IMG/VR virus record: IMGVR_UViG_3300026549_000036
Length of the DNA stretch: 64,000 nucleotides
Direction: 5' to 3' (one strand)
Source: a virus
Taxonomy: Duplodnaviria; Caudoviricetes
Below are positions 43,605 through 54,267 of this stretch, piece after piece (positions within the stretch are counted from its first letter, which is position 1; each line of letters starts with the position of its first letter). The notes under the pieces were generated by a model that was not told the origin of the DNA, searched no databases, and worked only from the letters and a program-made list of their open reading frames with translations. The translations under genes and the position numbers were made by a program.

Positions 43605-44077
43605 TGATTTATATTGACTTTTTCATAAAAGAATCACAAGAAAGACATTTTTATAAGTTTGAAGGCGATAGTTTTGAGATTACAGAACTTCATATCGGCA
43701 GAAACAATTATGAATGGACTGGTAGTGAACGAAACGAAACTCACACAATTCCAATAAGGTTTACAATGAAAACTAATCTTGGTGAAATCCATAGTTTTGA
43801 AATTGACTGTTGTTATACAGAAGGAACAGATTGGAATCATAAAAAATACAGAAATTACAAAATGACCCATTTTTGTATATTGGACGAAAAAGATGGTTTG
43901 TATGTTGTAGCTGACGAATATGACGAAGAAAGTCACGAATGGAAAACAGACTATGAGTTCCAAAATAAAATTGCAGAATACTTTAATAGTAAAATCCAAA
44001 ACGATACAGATTTAATTAAAAAACGATATAAAGAAATAAAGAAATTGGATAAAATGCATTCAGATTTTGCAGATTAG
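43604..44077 (+). CDS. DF-tail family hypothetical protein
   Basis: Ends KLDKMHSDFAD. Confidence 0.7.
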   Translation: MIYIDFFIKESQERHFYKFEGDSFEITELHIGRNNYEWTGSERNETHTIPIRFTMKTNLGEIHSFEIDCCYTEGTDWNHKKYRNYKMTHFCILDEKDGLYVVADEYDEESHEWKTDYEFQNKIAEYFNSKIQNDTDLIKKRYKEIKKLDKMHSDFAD

Positions 44078-44122
44078 AAAAAATAAAAAATTTAATACAA
44101 ATTAAGAATGATTGCTATATTT

Positions 44123-44520
44123 GATACTGACATTAGTGAAAAGTCCCGTTCCTCGGAGCGAACAGCAACTCAATGTGAGTATCGGTAGAGGGCGGGCCAT
44201 TCTATAAATCCAAGGTTGTTTATAGATTAAGAGAATCGTTCTTATGAAACCGAATGATGAGCGAGTAGCGACCGCTCAATATGCCGTCATGCGTTTTATT
44301 GAATAAAGCCCAGGTACAGGATGACCGCCTGGTAAGTCAATTTGTAAAATCGCCTGCAAACCGACGAGCGACAGTCAAAACAAAAATGATTGTCAAACAG
44401 AAGTTCGTGCTTGTCTAAAATAGGCAAGCACCCTCCGAAGCTCCATATCAAACAAAAATTAAATCATCAATAAAATAATTGTTTCCGAAGGAAACAACGA
44501 AATTTCAAAGAAATTTCGTT
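44123..44520 (+). ncRNA. Unidentified highly structured non-coding element (ncRNA or replication origin)
   Basis: ORF-free, GC-elevated, about 10 hairpins, TATATT just upstream; strand inferred. Confidence 0.55.
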
Positions 44521-44546
44521 ATAACTTTCAAAAAAGAGATTATCAA

Positions 44547-46142
44547 ATGGATCCTAGAATTAAATTTCTTGAAGATAAATTAAAATACTTACAAGGACAA
44601 CTTACAGCTAATCTATTCAATAGACAGACACAAACATTAGTTTATCATAATTTAAATGATGAAGTTAATCATGTGACTAATAGAATAAGACATTATCTAG
44701 TTCATTTACATACAAAATGTGAATCAATGGATGATTTTATTAAATACTGTAAAGAAGTAGATAATGAATTTGAAGATGCAGGACAAGAACATTTATTTTG
44801 TACTGAATTTGACATTCCATATACAGGTAAATTAGACAAAAGTGTTTTAATACATTTTAAGACTGGAATGGCAACTAGAATTAGAGAGATAAATTCATTA
44901 CATATTGAAAAGAACAGACTGTATATTAACGGGCAGAAAGTAGCACAGGACATTCGTAGATTTATCTTTGTAGATAAAGCATTTGAATTGGATAAAAACG
45001 ATGAAACAGAATTTAATGAACTGATTGAACATTTTAAGTCTCTTAAAGAAAGACTTAAGTTACAGAACATTGGAGAAGATTTCAAATGACATTTTGTCAA
45101 TATGCGCTTATAAAAGCACAATATGAAATGGTAGAACAACACGATAATTTACAGTTATGTTTTTGTGCGGATAGAGATTGTACTGACCACGTTTGGCAAG
45201 CTCCATTGAGCATTAAAGAAGAACCAAAGGCTAGTAATGCATTTTATGTTTTAATGATTCCAAAGGGACTTGATTTCACAGAAGAAACATACGAAACTTA
45301 TAAAGGATTTTTTGAAAGATATATAAAGCGTGAAAAAGAAAAAGAAAAACTTGAGCGAATAAAGAAGGACTTTGTATGAGATTACTATTTGAAAATGACG
45401 AACTTGATAATTTGATACGCAAGTATCATTTGATGGTTTATTTTAGTTATGGTAATGATTATTGTTTATGTTTTGAAGGAGATGGTCCTTCTAGTTTCAT
45501 AGGAGCATATAGTAGATACGGTGGTAAAGTATATTTGTTTGACAGTATACATTTAAAACACGATAAAATAGTAGGTGATAAAAATAAAAGACACACTTAT
45601 ATAGAAGTTGAACCATTTGAAAAACATTTAAATAAACTTATAATACAGCGTAAGAGAATACTTGCGGAACAAAGAGAACGCAAAATGAAAAAGGATTTCA
45701 AATGACTTTTGATGAAGTAGATAAAATAATTTGTTCGTATGGATTTTATAAGTATTGTTATGACCAGGAAGAAAGTAGCACAGCTAAGTATTATATGTAC
45801 CCTGGAATAGATAGATTAGCAGTTTATACTGAAAATTTATGCGAACAAAATTATAATAGTTTAGATAAAAAACATTTCAGTGAAAAAGATTTGAACCGAG
45901 TAGATTTAGTTACATTTTCGCCGATTGTATTATGGAGTACTGGTGAGATTGGTATAAATTATGCTATTGAATCATTAAGATTGTGGAGAAAAAATATACA
46001 CACTACATCTTTTAAATTGACTGAAGAACGATTACACAAAGAACTAAAAAATTTTAAATTAAGTCTTGAATCTTTGTTACAAGAACAAAAAGTTGCTAAA
46101 ATGAATAAGAAATTAGAAAATATGGAGAATGATTTTGACTGA
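44547..46142 (+). other. Four coupled DF-tail ORFs (44547-45089, 45086-45379, 45376-45705, 45702-46142)
   Basis: End IGEDFK, IKKDFV, MKKDFK, MENDFD. Confidence 0.75.
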
Positions 46143-46551
46143 AGACGAATTAAAACAAACATTTGCGAATTTTAAGTCTACTGATGATAAGTGGACTTTT
46201 TTAATAAATTTGGCTAAAAATCATAAATGTTCGGAAAACATTAGAGAAGACAAATATCTGATTAAGGGGTGTTCTACAAAATTATGGTTAAAACCAGTCT
46301 TTGTAAACAATAATTTACATTTTGAAGTAGATGCCGAGATTGGCTTACTCTCATTGGGATTGGGAATTTTAGCCACAATGCTCTATAATGGCAGGACTTG
46401 CCAGGAAATGGCTCAAGTAGACCAGAATGTGTTTATAGAGATTGGTTTATTGTATGGGCTAAGTGCGACCAGGAATAACGGCTTTGCGAGCATTTTGAAA
46501 CAAATAGATTTGTATATAAAATTTTACAATAAAATTCTTTACAACCATTGA
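46129..46551 (+). CDS. sufE: SufE family Fe-S sulfur acceptor
   Basis: IKGCSTKLWL, DAE, GL..GLSATRNNGF. Confidence 0.85.
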   Translation: MILTEDELKQTFANFKSTDDKWTFLINLAKNHKCSENIREDKYLIKGCSTKLWLKPVFVNNNLHFEVDAEIGLLSLGLGILATMLYNGRTCQEMAQVDQNVFIEIGLLYGLSATRNNGFASILKQIDLYIKFYNKILYNH

Positions 46552-46576
46552 CAAAACTGCGATAAATTAGTATATT
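46548..46576 (+). promoter_or_regulatory. Sigma70-type promoter
   Basis: TTGACA-N17-TATATT. Confidence 0.75.
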
Positions 46577-46604
46577 TGTTATGTAACAAAAAAGAGGTAA
46601 CACT

Positions 46605-47399
46605 ATGAAAAAATCGCAGCTCACCAAAATCACCACAATTCTCCCGTTTGATTCTAACTATATCAAGGTGGGTAAGAACCGCAACAAGCTTTGGAATTTG
46701 ATGGATTCCGAAGGCAATTTGATTAGTGAAACCTGGTTTGAAAACATTGAAAAGACAACTGACGGTGCGATTATTACGAAGGCCGAAAAGAAGGAAATGC
46801 GTTTCGTGAATGTTGGTTCTTTCAAGAAATTTAATTCTGTTCGTGAACTGGTTCCTGTTAGTGTGGTTGGTCTGATTGACATTGACACTATTGAACCGAC
46901 CGAATGCTCTGGTTATGTTGCTAAGGCCTACTTCTTTGGTAAGAGAATTTACATTAAGGCTGACGGACGAATTTTTGATAGTAACGATAATGAACTTCGC
47001 ATTATGTTCAACTGTGTTGATACTCTCCGATTGAACAAGGCACTCTTGGATTTGAACAAGAAGCTCCACTATGATGGCAATTACGATTGCGAACACGGTT
47101 GGCAGGAAACTATTGACAACAAGGTTAGCATTTTCGGATTCTATTGGATTGACGATGACGAATGTTCCGTTAGCATTGGATATAACAAAGTTGATATGGA
47201 TTCCGATACAAAGAAATGGACAGATGAATTAAAAATCCGTGCTACTCTCAATATGCCGAAGCGTGTTCGTGAACAACTGACCGAAAAGTGGGGTAAACCG
47301 GAATCTGGTAAAGTCGGTGAATTTAACGAAAACTACACCTGGTCTTTCACGAAGGACAAGCTTGAATTTATCATTGACACCCTCAATAACATTGACTAA
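46605..47399 (+). CDS. Hypothetical protein (possible WG-repeat-like N-terminus)
   Basis: KLWNLMDSEGNLISETWFE; GAGG SD. Confidence 0.65.
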   Translation: MKKSQLTKITTILPFDSNYIKVGKNRNKLWNLMDSEGNLISETWFENIEKTTDGAIITKAEKKEMRFVNVGSFKKFNSVRELVPVSVVGLIDIDTIEPTECSGYVAKAYFFGKRIYIKADGRIFDSNDNELRIMFNCVDTLRLNKALLDLNKKLHYDGNYDCEHGWQETIDNKVSIFGFYWIDDDECSVSIGYNKVDMDSDTKKWTDELKIRATLNMPKRVREQLTEKWGKPESGKVGEFNENYTWSFTKDKLEFIIDTLNNID

Positions 47400-47413
47400 T
47401 TGGAGAAAATGAA

Positions 47414-47740
47414 ATGGCTGAATGGAATGTAGATAAGTTAAAAACTATGTTGGCTCCGCTCGGTTTCTCCTGTATAGAACATACTTGGGCTTGTGAGGAC
47501 AAGCCGAGAAGTTGGCTATTCAAACTTCCTCATTCAGTTCTATTGGAGTATTTCATTGTGTTGGATAAGTATACAGGTGAAATGGGCTGTGGTGATACAT
47601 TTATGGGTCACGGCAAATATATTACCTGTAACATTAATGCTATAAATTTTGATGTTATGGAGTTCGCAAGAAATTATGTTCGTACTTATAAAGAGTATTA
47701 TTTTAACGAAATGAAAAAGCATTTAGACGAGGATTTTTAA
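47414..47740 (+). CDS. DF-tail family hypothetical protein
   Basis: Ends KKHLDEDF. Confidence 0.7.
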   Translation: MAEWNVDKLKTMLAPLGFSCIEHTWACEDKPRSWLFKLPHSVLLEYFIVLDKYTGEMGCGDTFMGHGKYITCNINAINFDVMEFARNYVRTYKEYYFNEMKKHLDEDF

Positions 47741-47741
47741 A

Positions 47742-47960
47742 ATGGCTGAAGAACTTGTAACAACCTGTCCTTTCTGTGGACAGAAATTTACCGGACCAGG
47801 AAATTCAACCCGTGGTTACTGGGAAGCAAATGGAAAAACCAAAGAAGAAGATGCCAAGTTTGGCGAAACATTCCGTTGCTGTGATGATTGTAATATGAAC
47901 AAAGTCATTCCAGCACGATTGATTCTTATGAGGCAGTATGATAAGCATAGAAAGAATTAG
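47742..47960 (+). CDS. Small Cys-rich zinc-binding protein
   Basis: CPFCG...CCDDCN..VIPAR. Confidence 0.7.
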   Translation: MAEELVTTCPFCGQKFTGPGNSTRGYWEANGKTKEEDAKFGETFRCCDDCNMNKVIPARLILMRQYDKHRKN

Positions 47961-48297
47961 AGAAATTTTTGAAGCCGAAGGATTTGATGTCTTTTCAGCA
48001 AATGGTGGTTCTGTTGAATTGGTTTATCTGCCGGATAGTATGAAATATCAAGGCCGACTGATGACTATTTCATTTGACAATTTTCAAGATGGAAAATGCA
48101 TTTTTCCGAAATTCAAGATTGCTTCAAAGAACTACCACCCAAATATGAGTTACGATTATGGCGATGTTGTGGATTTGAAGATTATCAGTGAAAGTGATTT
48201 GCATCAGAAGGTTCACGATTTAATGCAAGATGCCATACTGATTAACAAACAAATTATTCAGGCAAAACGCACAAATAAGATTAAAAAGGATTTCTAA
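47938..48297 (+). CDS. DF-tail family hypothetical protein
   Basis: Ends NKIKKDF. Confidence 0.7.
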   Translation: MISIERIREIFEAEGFDVFSANGGSVELVYLPDSMKYQGRLMTISFDNFQDGKCIFPKFKIASKNYHPNMSYDYGDVVDLKIISESDLHQKVHDLMQDAILINKQIIQAKRTNKIKKDF

Positions 48298-48728
48298 TGG
48301 AATTAACTAGAGATATACTTAAAGAACTAATTAAGACAAAAAATCTTGCTTGGCAGCTCCCAGTTAATCTGAATAAGGGTGTGGTTGTAATGAAAACCAT
48401 AAAGCAGTTGGAAAAGTTGGTTAAGGACCGAGTAGATGAATACGATTTTGATAACCACGAAATTTTTACATACTGGAATATGGATAAAAACAAGCCACTC
48501 TTTGACATTATCGTTACTTATGACGAAAACATAACAGGTAGTCATTTTACATACGAATTAAGTGATTGTTCATTGTTTGGAATGTATTTGTTCCAGGATA
48601 ATTCACTTTCTGTTGGAATGGAAAATGTAATTGCGCAGTTGAAGTTGGATGTTCCGAATGGTCTTGATTATGCCAAATATGCCAAAGAGAACTTCAAAAT
48701 CGCACTTGGTGATACAGATTTCGTATAA
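48297..48728 (+). CDS. Hypothetical protein with degenerate DF tail
   Basis: Ends LGDTDFV. Confidence 0.65.
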   Translation: MELTRDILKELIKTKNLAWQLPVNLNKGVVVMKTIKQLEKLVKDRVDEYDFDNHEIFTYWNMDKNKPLFDIIVTYDENITGSHFTYELSDCSLFGMYLFQDNSLSVGMENVIAQLKLDVPNGLDYAKYAKENFKIALGDTDFV

Positions 48729-48750
48729 ATTTTATTCATTACTGCTCCTT

Positions 48751-48790
48751 CTAGGGTCCCCTTCTTGGGGACCCTAGTTTTTTATAAATA
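48751..48790 (+). terminator. Terminator running into a TATAAATA late promoter
   Basis: CTAGGGTCCC/GGGACCCTAG, T-run, TATAAATA at 48783. Confidence 0.8.
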
Positions 48791-48816
48791 CATTATAGAA
48801 TTTAATGAGGTTTTTA

Positions 48817-50559
48817 ATGAATTTATTAGAACAAGCACAACATTTCCTTGAAAGTAAGGGGTTTCTAGTAGAGAGTAAAGTAGAAGAACTCGGTTTTGAT
48901 GACGAAGATTCTGCTAATGTGTTTTATTATATCGGCCGTTACATTGAAAACAAAGGCCCACAGACTGAAGCTGCTATTGAGAAGTATCTTGAAACTAAAT
49001 TTAATGGTAACATACCATCAGTTTCTGTTAAAAATAAGAATACATATTGGGTTAATTTTTTAAGTAATTATTTCTACAAAGATGGCCGCAAATGGGATTT
49101 TACTGCTGACGGACACGAATGGTGGAGTGATGTAGCAAAATGGCACGAAGCCAATGCTGAATCCGAAGACCAAAATGCCAAATATGTAAAGCAATTCTTT
49201 GATTGGTATAATGAAAAGAAGAAGGGCAACGAAACAAATCCACCTAAAGACCTTATTAAATTTGTTAATAGTACTTCCGCAGAAGATGTAGAAAAAGTAT
49301 TTGGCAAATACTACAAATTTGCTATGGGTCAGTTAGACAAGTACTTGGATATGAATTTCTTGTCTGACGAAGATAAACTTATTCAAAATTTCTGGGATTG
49401 GCACAGAGCAAAGAAAGCTGGTAAACCATATCAGTTAGACCAAGACACAGTAGATGGATTGGTAACATTCCTTCGTAAGCCAAAAGCAGTAGAAGTATTA
49501 CAGCAATACTACTATTATTTTGTTCGTGTAATTGAAAAATTGTCTGATAAGAACATTAAGACCCCTATTAACACAACTGGTTTACAGAAAGAATTACAGA
49601 GAATTATGGATAACTTGGAAAATGATGATTTCGTAGATGAACTTGAAAAGATTGAAAGAAATAGATTGCGTGGTGGTGATATGACAGCCGGTCCTGTATT
49701 CGTATTGCCAACTGAAGTCATTAAATCTATTAGAAGTCTCGCTAAAGATACAAACAACATTAACAAAGAAAAAGTCGGTAAGATTGACAAATCACAGGTT
49801 AAAGATTGTTATGCTTACTGTGTAAACGAATTGAACAGAAAGTTCCACGTAGGAAAGACTGGTATCTTTGATTTGAACATTCAGGACTTCTACGATACAT
49901 ACAAGATTGTATTCCAGCGTGGTTTCAATACAAAGACATTACACAAAATCTTTGACGAAGTTAGCCAGTATCTATTAGACCAATTAGACAAGGGTACTGC
50001 CGATTATTGGAAGAACCGTGGAAAGATTGAACAGGACGAAATTGACGATTTCAATGAAGCATATAAGGCTCTTAAAGCAGCTGGATATGTAATTGTTGAA
50101 GATACGATTGATGATGTCTTACAGCATGGTTTATCCCCATTTGATAAGGCTAGACTAAACAAGGGACAGAAACCAAGTTGGGCAGCAAAAGTAACAGAAA
50201 TCGGTCCTAGACCAGCAAGACCAAAGAGAAGTCAAGATTGGTCTGAAAGGGCTATGGATAGTGTAACAGGTGTAAAAAGACCTTATAGTGAAGCAGATTG
50301 GCGCCGCGACAATGAACTCAATTTGAAGGGCAACAAACAAATAGAACAAAGATTGAAAGCAATTTTGAATGTAAGTGCTAAAGTAGAAGCAACAAAAGAC
50401 TATGTAGGTGTTTACACACAAGATAAAGCTTTCTATGTAGAAAGTCGTGGTATAACATACTTTGTAAAGATGGTCGGACATAGTTCTGTATTTGACAGAA
50501 AATCCGAATCAGTTAAGAGTTTATCAGATGTAGCAAAATTTATTGAGGAGAATGTGTAA
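48817..50559 (+). CDS. Late, probably virion-internal protein
   Basis: Late promoter; N-terminal A..FLESKGFLVES motif recurs internally. Confidence 0.55.
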   Translation: MNLLEQAQHFLESKGFLVESKVEELGFDDEDSANVFYYIGRYIENKGPQTEAAIEKYLETKFNGNIPSVSVKNKNTYWVNFLSNYFYKDGRKWDFTADGHEWWSDVAKWHEANAESEDQNAKYVKQFFDWYNEKKKGNETNPPKDLIKFVNSTSAEDVEKVFGKYYKFAMGQLDKYLDMNFLSDEDKLIQNFWDWHRAKKAGKPYQLDQDTVDGLVTFLRKPKAVEVLQQYYYYFVRVIEKLSDKNIKTPINTTGLQKELQRIMDNLENDDFVDELEKIERNRLRGGDMTAGPVFVLPTEVIKSIRSLAKDTNNINKEKVGKIDKSQVKDCYAYCVNELNRKFHVGKTGIFDLNIQDFYDTYKIVFQRGFNTKTLHKIFDEVSQYLLDQLDKGTADYWKNRGKIEQDEIDDFNEAYKALKAAGYVIVEDTIDDVLQHGLSPFDKARLNKGQKPSWAAKVTEIGPRPARPKRSQDWSERAMDSVTGVKRPYSEADWRRDNELNLKGNKQIEQRLKAILNVSAKVEATKDYVGVYTQDKAFYVESRGITYFVKMVGHSSVFDRKSESVKSLSDVAKFIEENV

Positions 50560-51785
50560 TGAAAACGATAGAACTTAAATGGATTGAAGATGATAACCAC
50601 GTTGTAGCAGAAGATGCTTACAATGGTTTGAAGGAATTAATTGATACTGGTGTATTTCCAGATTTGACTGCCAAATGTGAAGATGATACACTTTACATTA
50701 CTGGTGAAAAGGAAGATTTGGATAAAGCAGTAATGAAAATCCAAAAGGCTTATGCCAAGTATGGTCAGATTATGATTAAAGAAGCAAAGAATGGTGTAAA
50801 CCAGGAATTGCGTATTGAGTCATTTGACGAAAATGTTCAGGACATTTTTAACCATACACTTGACGATTACAACAAATTCAAATCTAGCAAAAAAAGACCT
50901 TTGAATTATGTAAAGCAGTTGAACGATTATAGATTTAAGTTCAAGAAGTTCTATGAAACGGCTGCTCGTTCTGACAAGAAGTTGTTGAAACCATATTTGG
51001 ACGAAATTTCTAATTTGTTAGACGAAAGCGAAATCATTACAAAGATTAAACCTATTAGAGCCAAACTTGAAGAAGATACAATGGTTGAAATGGCAAAGGA
51101 CATTTGCGAAGCTGCTAGAAAGAAAGTAGTAAATCCTGAAAATGTAGATACCATTGAAGATGTTGAAAAAGAATTACAAGAACTTGGTTACAATGAATGG
51201 CAGGCCAAAGGTTTGGTGAAAGAATACTTTAAGAAAGCTTGGCGTAAATTAGCATCAGGCGAATGTGCTATGAATGTTGCTATTGACATTGACGAAGAAT
51301 ATATGAAAGAATCTGTTGATAACGAATTAACTAAACATTTGGGTAATTTGAAAAATTGGGGAGTCATTGAAGAAAGTATGAATAGAAAACAATATAATGC
51401 AAAGTACGATAAAGTAGCATTAGCCTATGCTAGAGAAACTGGTATGGACCTTGACGATGCTTACGATGAATTAATGGACGTAGATGAACTTGTTAATTGG
51501 ATTGAAGGACCATACGACGTTGACGAAATCGTAGATAAACTAATGAATGAATCTACTAATATGAATGAAAGTTTCCTTTCTCCTGGTGAATTGAAAAAGA
51601 AACTTCAAAGAGTAGCTGCTCGTTGGGCATCAATAAAGGGTGTCAAATTTGAAGAAGCATACAATGAACTTCGTAAAAAGAAATCAGTGAAAGATATGTT
51701 GGACTTCTATTCAGTAGACGAAATCATTGACGATTTGAGTAAGAACAAAAAAGAAGTTGATGATGAACTTGAAGAAGAAATCTAA
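50559..51785 (+). CDS. Acidic late protein with repeated (M/I)xES motifs
   Basis: MKES, IEES, MNES x2; tandem C-terminal repeats ending VDEI. Confidence 0.55.
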   Translation: MKTIELKWIEDDNHVVAEDAYNGLKELIDTGVFPDLTAKCEDDTLYITGEKEDLDKAVMKIQKAYAKYGQIMIKEAKNGVNQELRIESFDENVQDIFNHTLDDYNKFKSSKKRPLNYVKQLNDYRFKFKKFYETAARSDKKLLKPYLDEISNLLDESEIITKIKPIRAKLEEDTMVEMAKDICEAARKKVVNPENVDTIEDVEKELQELGYNEWQAKGLVKEYFKKAWRKLASGECAMNVAIDIDEEYMKESVDNELTKHLGNLKNWGVIEESMNRKQYNAKYDKVALAYARETGMDLDDAYDELMDVDELVNWIEGPYDVDEIVDKLMNESTNMNESFLSPGELKKKLQRVAARWASIKGVKFEEAYNELRKKKSVKDMLDFYSVDEIIDDLSKNKKEVDDELEEEI

Positions 51786-51810
51786 GTAGCATAGATAAAA
51801 TAAAATTTAC

Positions 51811-51846
51811 AAAGCGGGTTGAAATACACCCGCTTTTTGCTATATT
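51811..51846 (+). terminator. Terminator with embedded promoter
   Basis: AAAGCGGGT-TGAAATAC-ACCCGCTTT; TTGAAA ... TATATT. Confidence 0.7.
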
Positions 51847-51853
51847 GTATTTT

Positions 51854-52778
51854 ATGATAATGTTAGTAAGTGACATTTTTGATTTGCTACAAAAGAAATA
51901 TGGAGCTGTAGAAACTCCTGTAATTGGAAGTTCTGTTGTTTACAGAATGGATTTAATGTTGAACTTCCATATAGATTTTTCGTTCAAGTGGTCTACTTGT
52001 ACGATTGAATTGTTTAGTACAAATTCAAAGTATGGTTCACATACAACATATTTCAGCTCACAGTATTGGATAAATGAAGAAGGTTTTGATAAGAAATTAG
52101 AAGATACAATTTCGGAATATGTTGAAACTGCAAAGAACATTGCTGAGAAAGAAAAGTTAGATAAGATAAAAGAAGATTTTGTATGACATACGAAGAATTT
52201 AAAAGTATAATAAATCCAAGAAAGGGCACAACTGAAGGAACTATACAACATTGGTATCAATGGTGTAGAATTGGAACTTGGACTTCAAATATAAAATCTC
52301 ATAAAATGAGTTATGACGCAAGTATGTTTTATATAAAAAATATCAGTTTAGAAGAACAAAAAGAATTTGAAAAAATTTATTACTATTTTAATAGATTAGC
52401 AAAAAGTAAAGCAAAGCTTGAAAAATTAAAAGAAGATTTCGTATGAGTCGTAATGAGATAATGTGCTTCTTAATGAATGAACAAAATTTTGAATACTTAG
52501 GAAATGAATTTTCAGATGGTAATATGTGTAACCATCTGGTTAACTTTAGTTTTGGGAATGACTATGTTATCGGAATGTATGTTTACAGTACTGCTGCAAC
52601 TATGGCATTAGAACAGTTCGCTCCAAATGGAATAAGAACAATAAACTCAGGCTCATTTCTATTGGATAAAAACTATAAGGATTCATTTAGAGATTTATTA
52701 AGCAAACTAACCTTAGAACTAAAACGCAGGACTATAAATACAAGGTTAGAAAAAATGGAGAAAGATTTTGATTCTTAA
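51854..52778 (+). other. Three coupled DF-tail ORFs (51854-52186, 52183-52446, 52443-52778)
   Basis: End IKEDFV, LKEDFV, MEKDFDS. Confidence 0.75.
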
Positions 52779-53125
52779 GCGTAAAAGAGAAGTAGAACGA
52801 TTAAGTGACCTTGAATTTGGTTCTGAGTTAAGTGGTTACAACATACCACGAATACGCAAAGTATTTCCGCAGATGATGTCAAATGCAACTGTTAGTGTTA
52901 TGCCAACATCACAGCCACAGCGGACTTTATTTTGCTCTAAGGTATTTGTATGGTGAAAATGAAGTACTTCCTAAAATGCAAAAGAACCAAACTCCTGAAA
53001 TGAAAATCAAACCACAGGTTCATCACCACCACAAACCTGTAGTAAGTAAAGTACAACTTAGACCTAATAATTGGAACGCAAATCCAGGTAAAAATGAAAG
53101 TAGACAGAAGTATAGATTCCGTTAA
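52768..53125 (+). CDS. Major-capsid (gp23) fragment mini-protein, +1 frameshift at CGG 52921
   Basis: Join IRKVFPQMM...VSVMPTSQPQ-GLYFALRYLYG resembles gp23 VRRAIP..GVQPM.SPTGQVFALRAVYG. Confidence 0.75.
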
Positions 53126-53387
53126 TGAATGTGAACCTTGGCGAAAGTACTATCAGTTCATAAACAACTCAAGTTATGGTTTCGCACAAAATATGACAAC
53201 TGGTTGGACTGGAGCATCCAACAGTGGAACAGGTGTAGTTTTTTGCCCTTATGTTCCACACATTTTTACTCCTAGTAATCTTTACCCACACATCATAGAA
53301 CCATTTAATTTAAAAACAGAAAAAGATGAAATTAAAACGAAAATCAGATATAGACAATTTAAGCGATTTAGAGCAACAGGATGCTAG
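53094..53387 (+). CDS. gp23 C-terminal-fragment mini-protein
   Basis: TTGWTGASNSGTGVVFCPYVP resembles gp23 TVGYKG..MDAGIYYAPYV. Confidence 0.6.
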   Translation: MKVDRSIDSVNECEPWRKYYQFINNSSYGFAQNMTTGWTGASNSGTGVVFCPYVPHIFTPSNLYPHIIEPFNLKTEKDEIKTKIRYRQFKRFRATGC

Positions 53388-53554
53388 TATAAGTTTTACT
53401 AGCCGGTGCTTTTAAGCCAATGGCATTACCATTAGTGAGAAGACAATTTCCTACATTGTTTTCTAGTGCTTTGGTAGGTGTAGTACCTCAAGACCCTAAA
53501 AAATATAATTCACCCAAACTAAATCCACGAAAGCAGAAATACATACATAGATAA
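53326..53554 (+). CDS. gp23 fragment mini-protein (not in track), +1 frameshift at CGG 53404
   Basis: MKLKRKSDIDNLSDLE (paralog of 52768 N-terminus) joined to GAFKPMALPLVRRQFPTLFSSALVGVVP. Confidence 0.75.
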
Positions 53555-53959
53555 ATGCTCCGAGAAACACGAAAATACCTTGAAGAAAATTTTGAGACCG
53601 AAGAACTGTTATGCGGTAACAAAGTTTTCCAAAAACGATTCTCCGGTTATTGGAAAATCGTTTTAAACAAGTATTGGGTTGATATAATAATGGATGAAAT
53701 GTTTGAGAAGTATATGTTAAGACCACCAAAAGATAGAAATGATGTGGCTTTAGCAAAAACTGTTCTTACTTTATATGCGACATATAGTAAGAAAATGGTC
53801 AGTAAATTGAAGACAGAAAAAATTAAACCAAAAAATCTAAATCTCAAACAAATTACTATATTAGTAAATGAGGTGCGAGACTTGGATGCTGAGTTTTCCA
53901 ATGATATGAAAAGACTTTTAACAATTCATCGCACATACAAATTAAATGAGGATTTTTAA
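53555..53959 (+). CDS. DF-tail family hypothetical protein
   Basis: Ends YKLNEDF. Confidence 0.7.
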   Translation: MLRETRKYLEENFETEELLCGNKVFQKRFSGYWKIVLNKYWVDIIMDEMFEKYMLRPPKDRNDVALAKTVLTLYATYSKKMVSKLKTEKIKPKNLNLKQITILVNEVRDLDAEFSNDMKRLLTIHRTYKLNEDF

Positions 53960-54267
53960 TGAACGATAAAGAAATGTTTTTACCAACAGACGAAGCAAAA
54001 GCAGCAGACATTAGAAATATGGATCCGCTAGAAGCAATTAAAGCTGCTGCCGAAGGCATTGGGTTGATTTTGAATGACCCAAATCCTAACTGTAAGAAGT
54101 GCCACGGAAGAGGGTTTATCGGTCGCCACGCAGATACTGGTGAACCAATAGCTTGTTCGTGTTTATTCCCAAAATATGAATCTGCTAGAGAAACTGGAGA
54201 AATAATTTTACCACAGAACCGTGCTCAGCGTAGAGCAGCAAAAAAGAAGGCAAAGAAAAATGGCTAA
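53959..54267 (+). CDS. Zinc-binding hypothetical protein
   Basis: CKKCHGRG...ACSC; basic NRAQRR tail. Confidence 0.65.
   Translation: MNDKEMFLPTDEAKAADIRNMDPLEAIKAAAEGIGLILNDPNPNCKKCHGRGFIGRHADTGEPIACSCLFPKYESARETGEIILPQNRAQRRAAKKKAKKNG

Noticed and set aside
44123-44450. RNase P RNA, tmRNA or tRNA identity for the structured element
   Set aside because: GAAAAGTCC and ACAGAA resemble RNase P motifs, but I could not build the P4 pairing, and GACAGTC pairs locally. No tRNA-like ends or cloverleaf were found.
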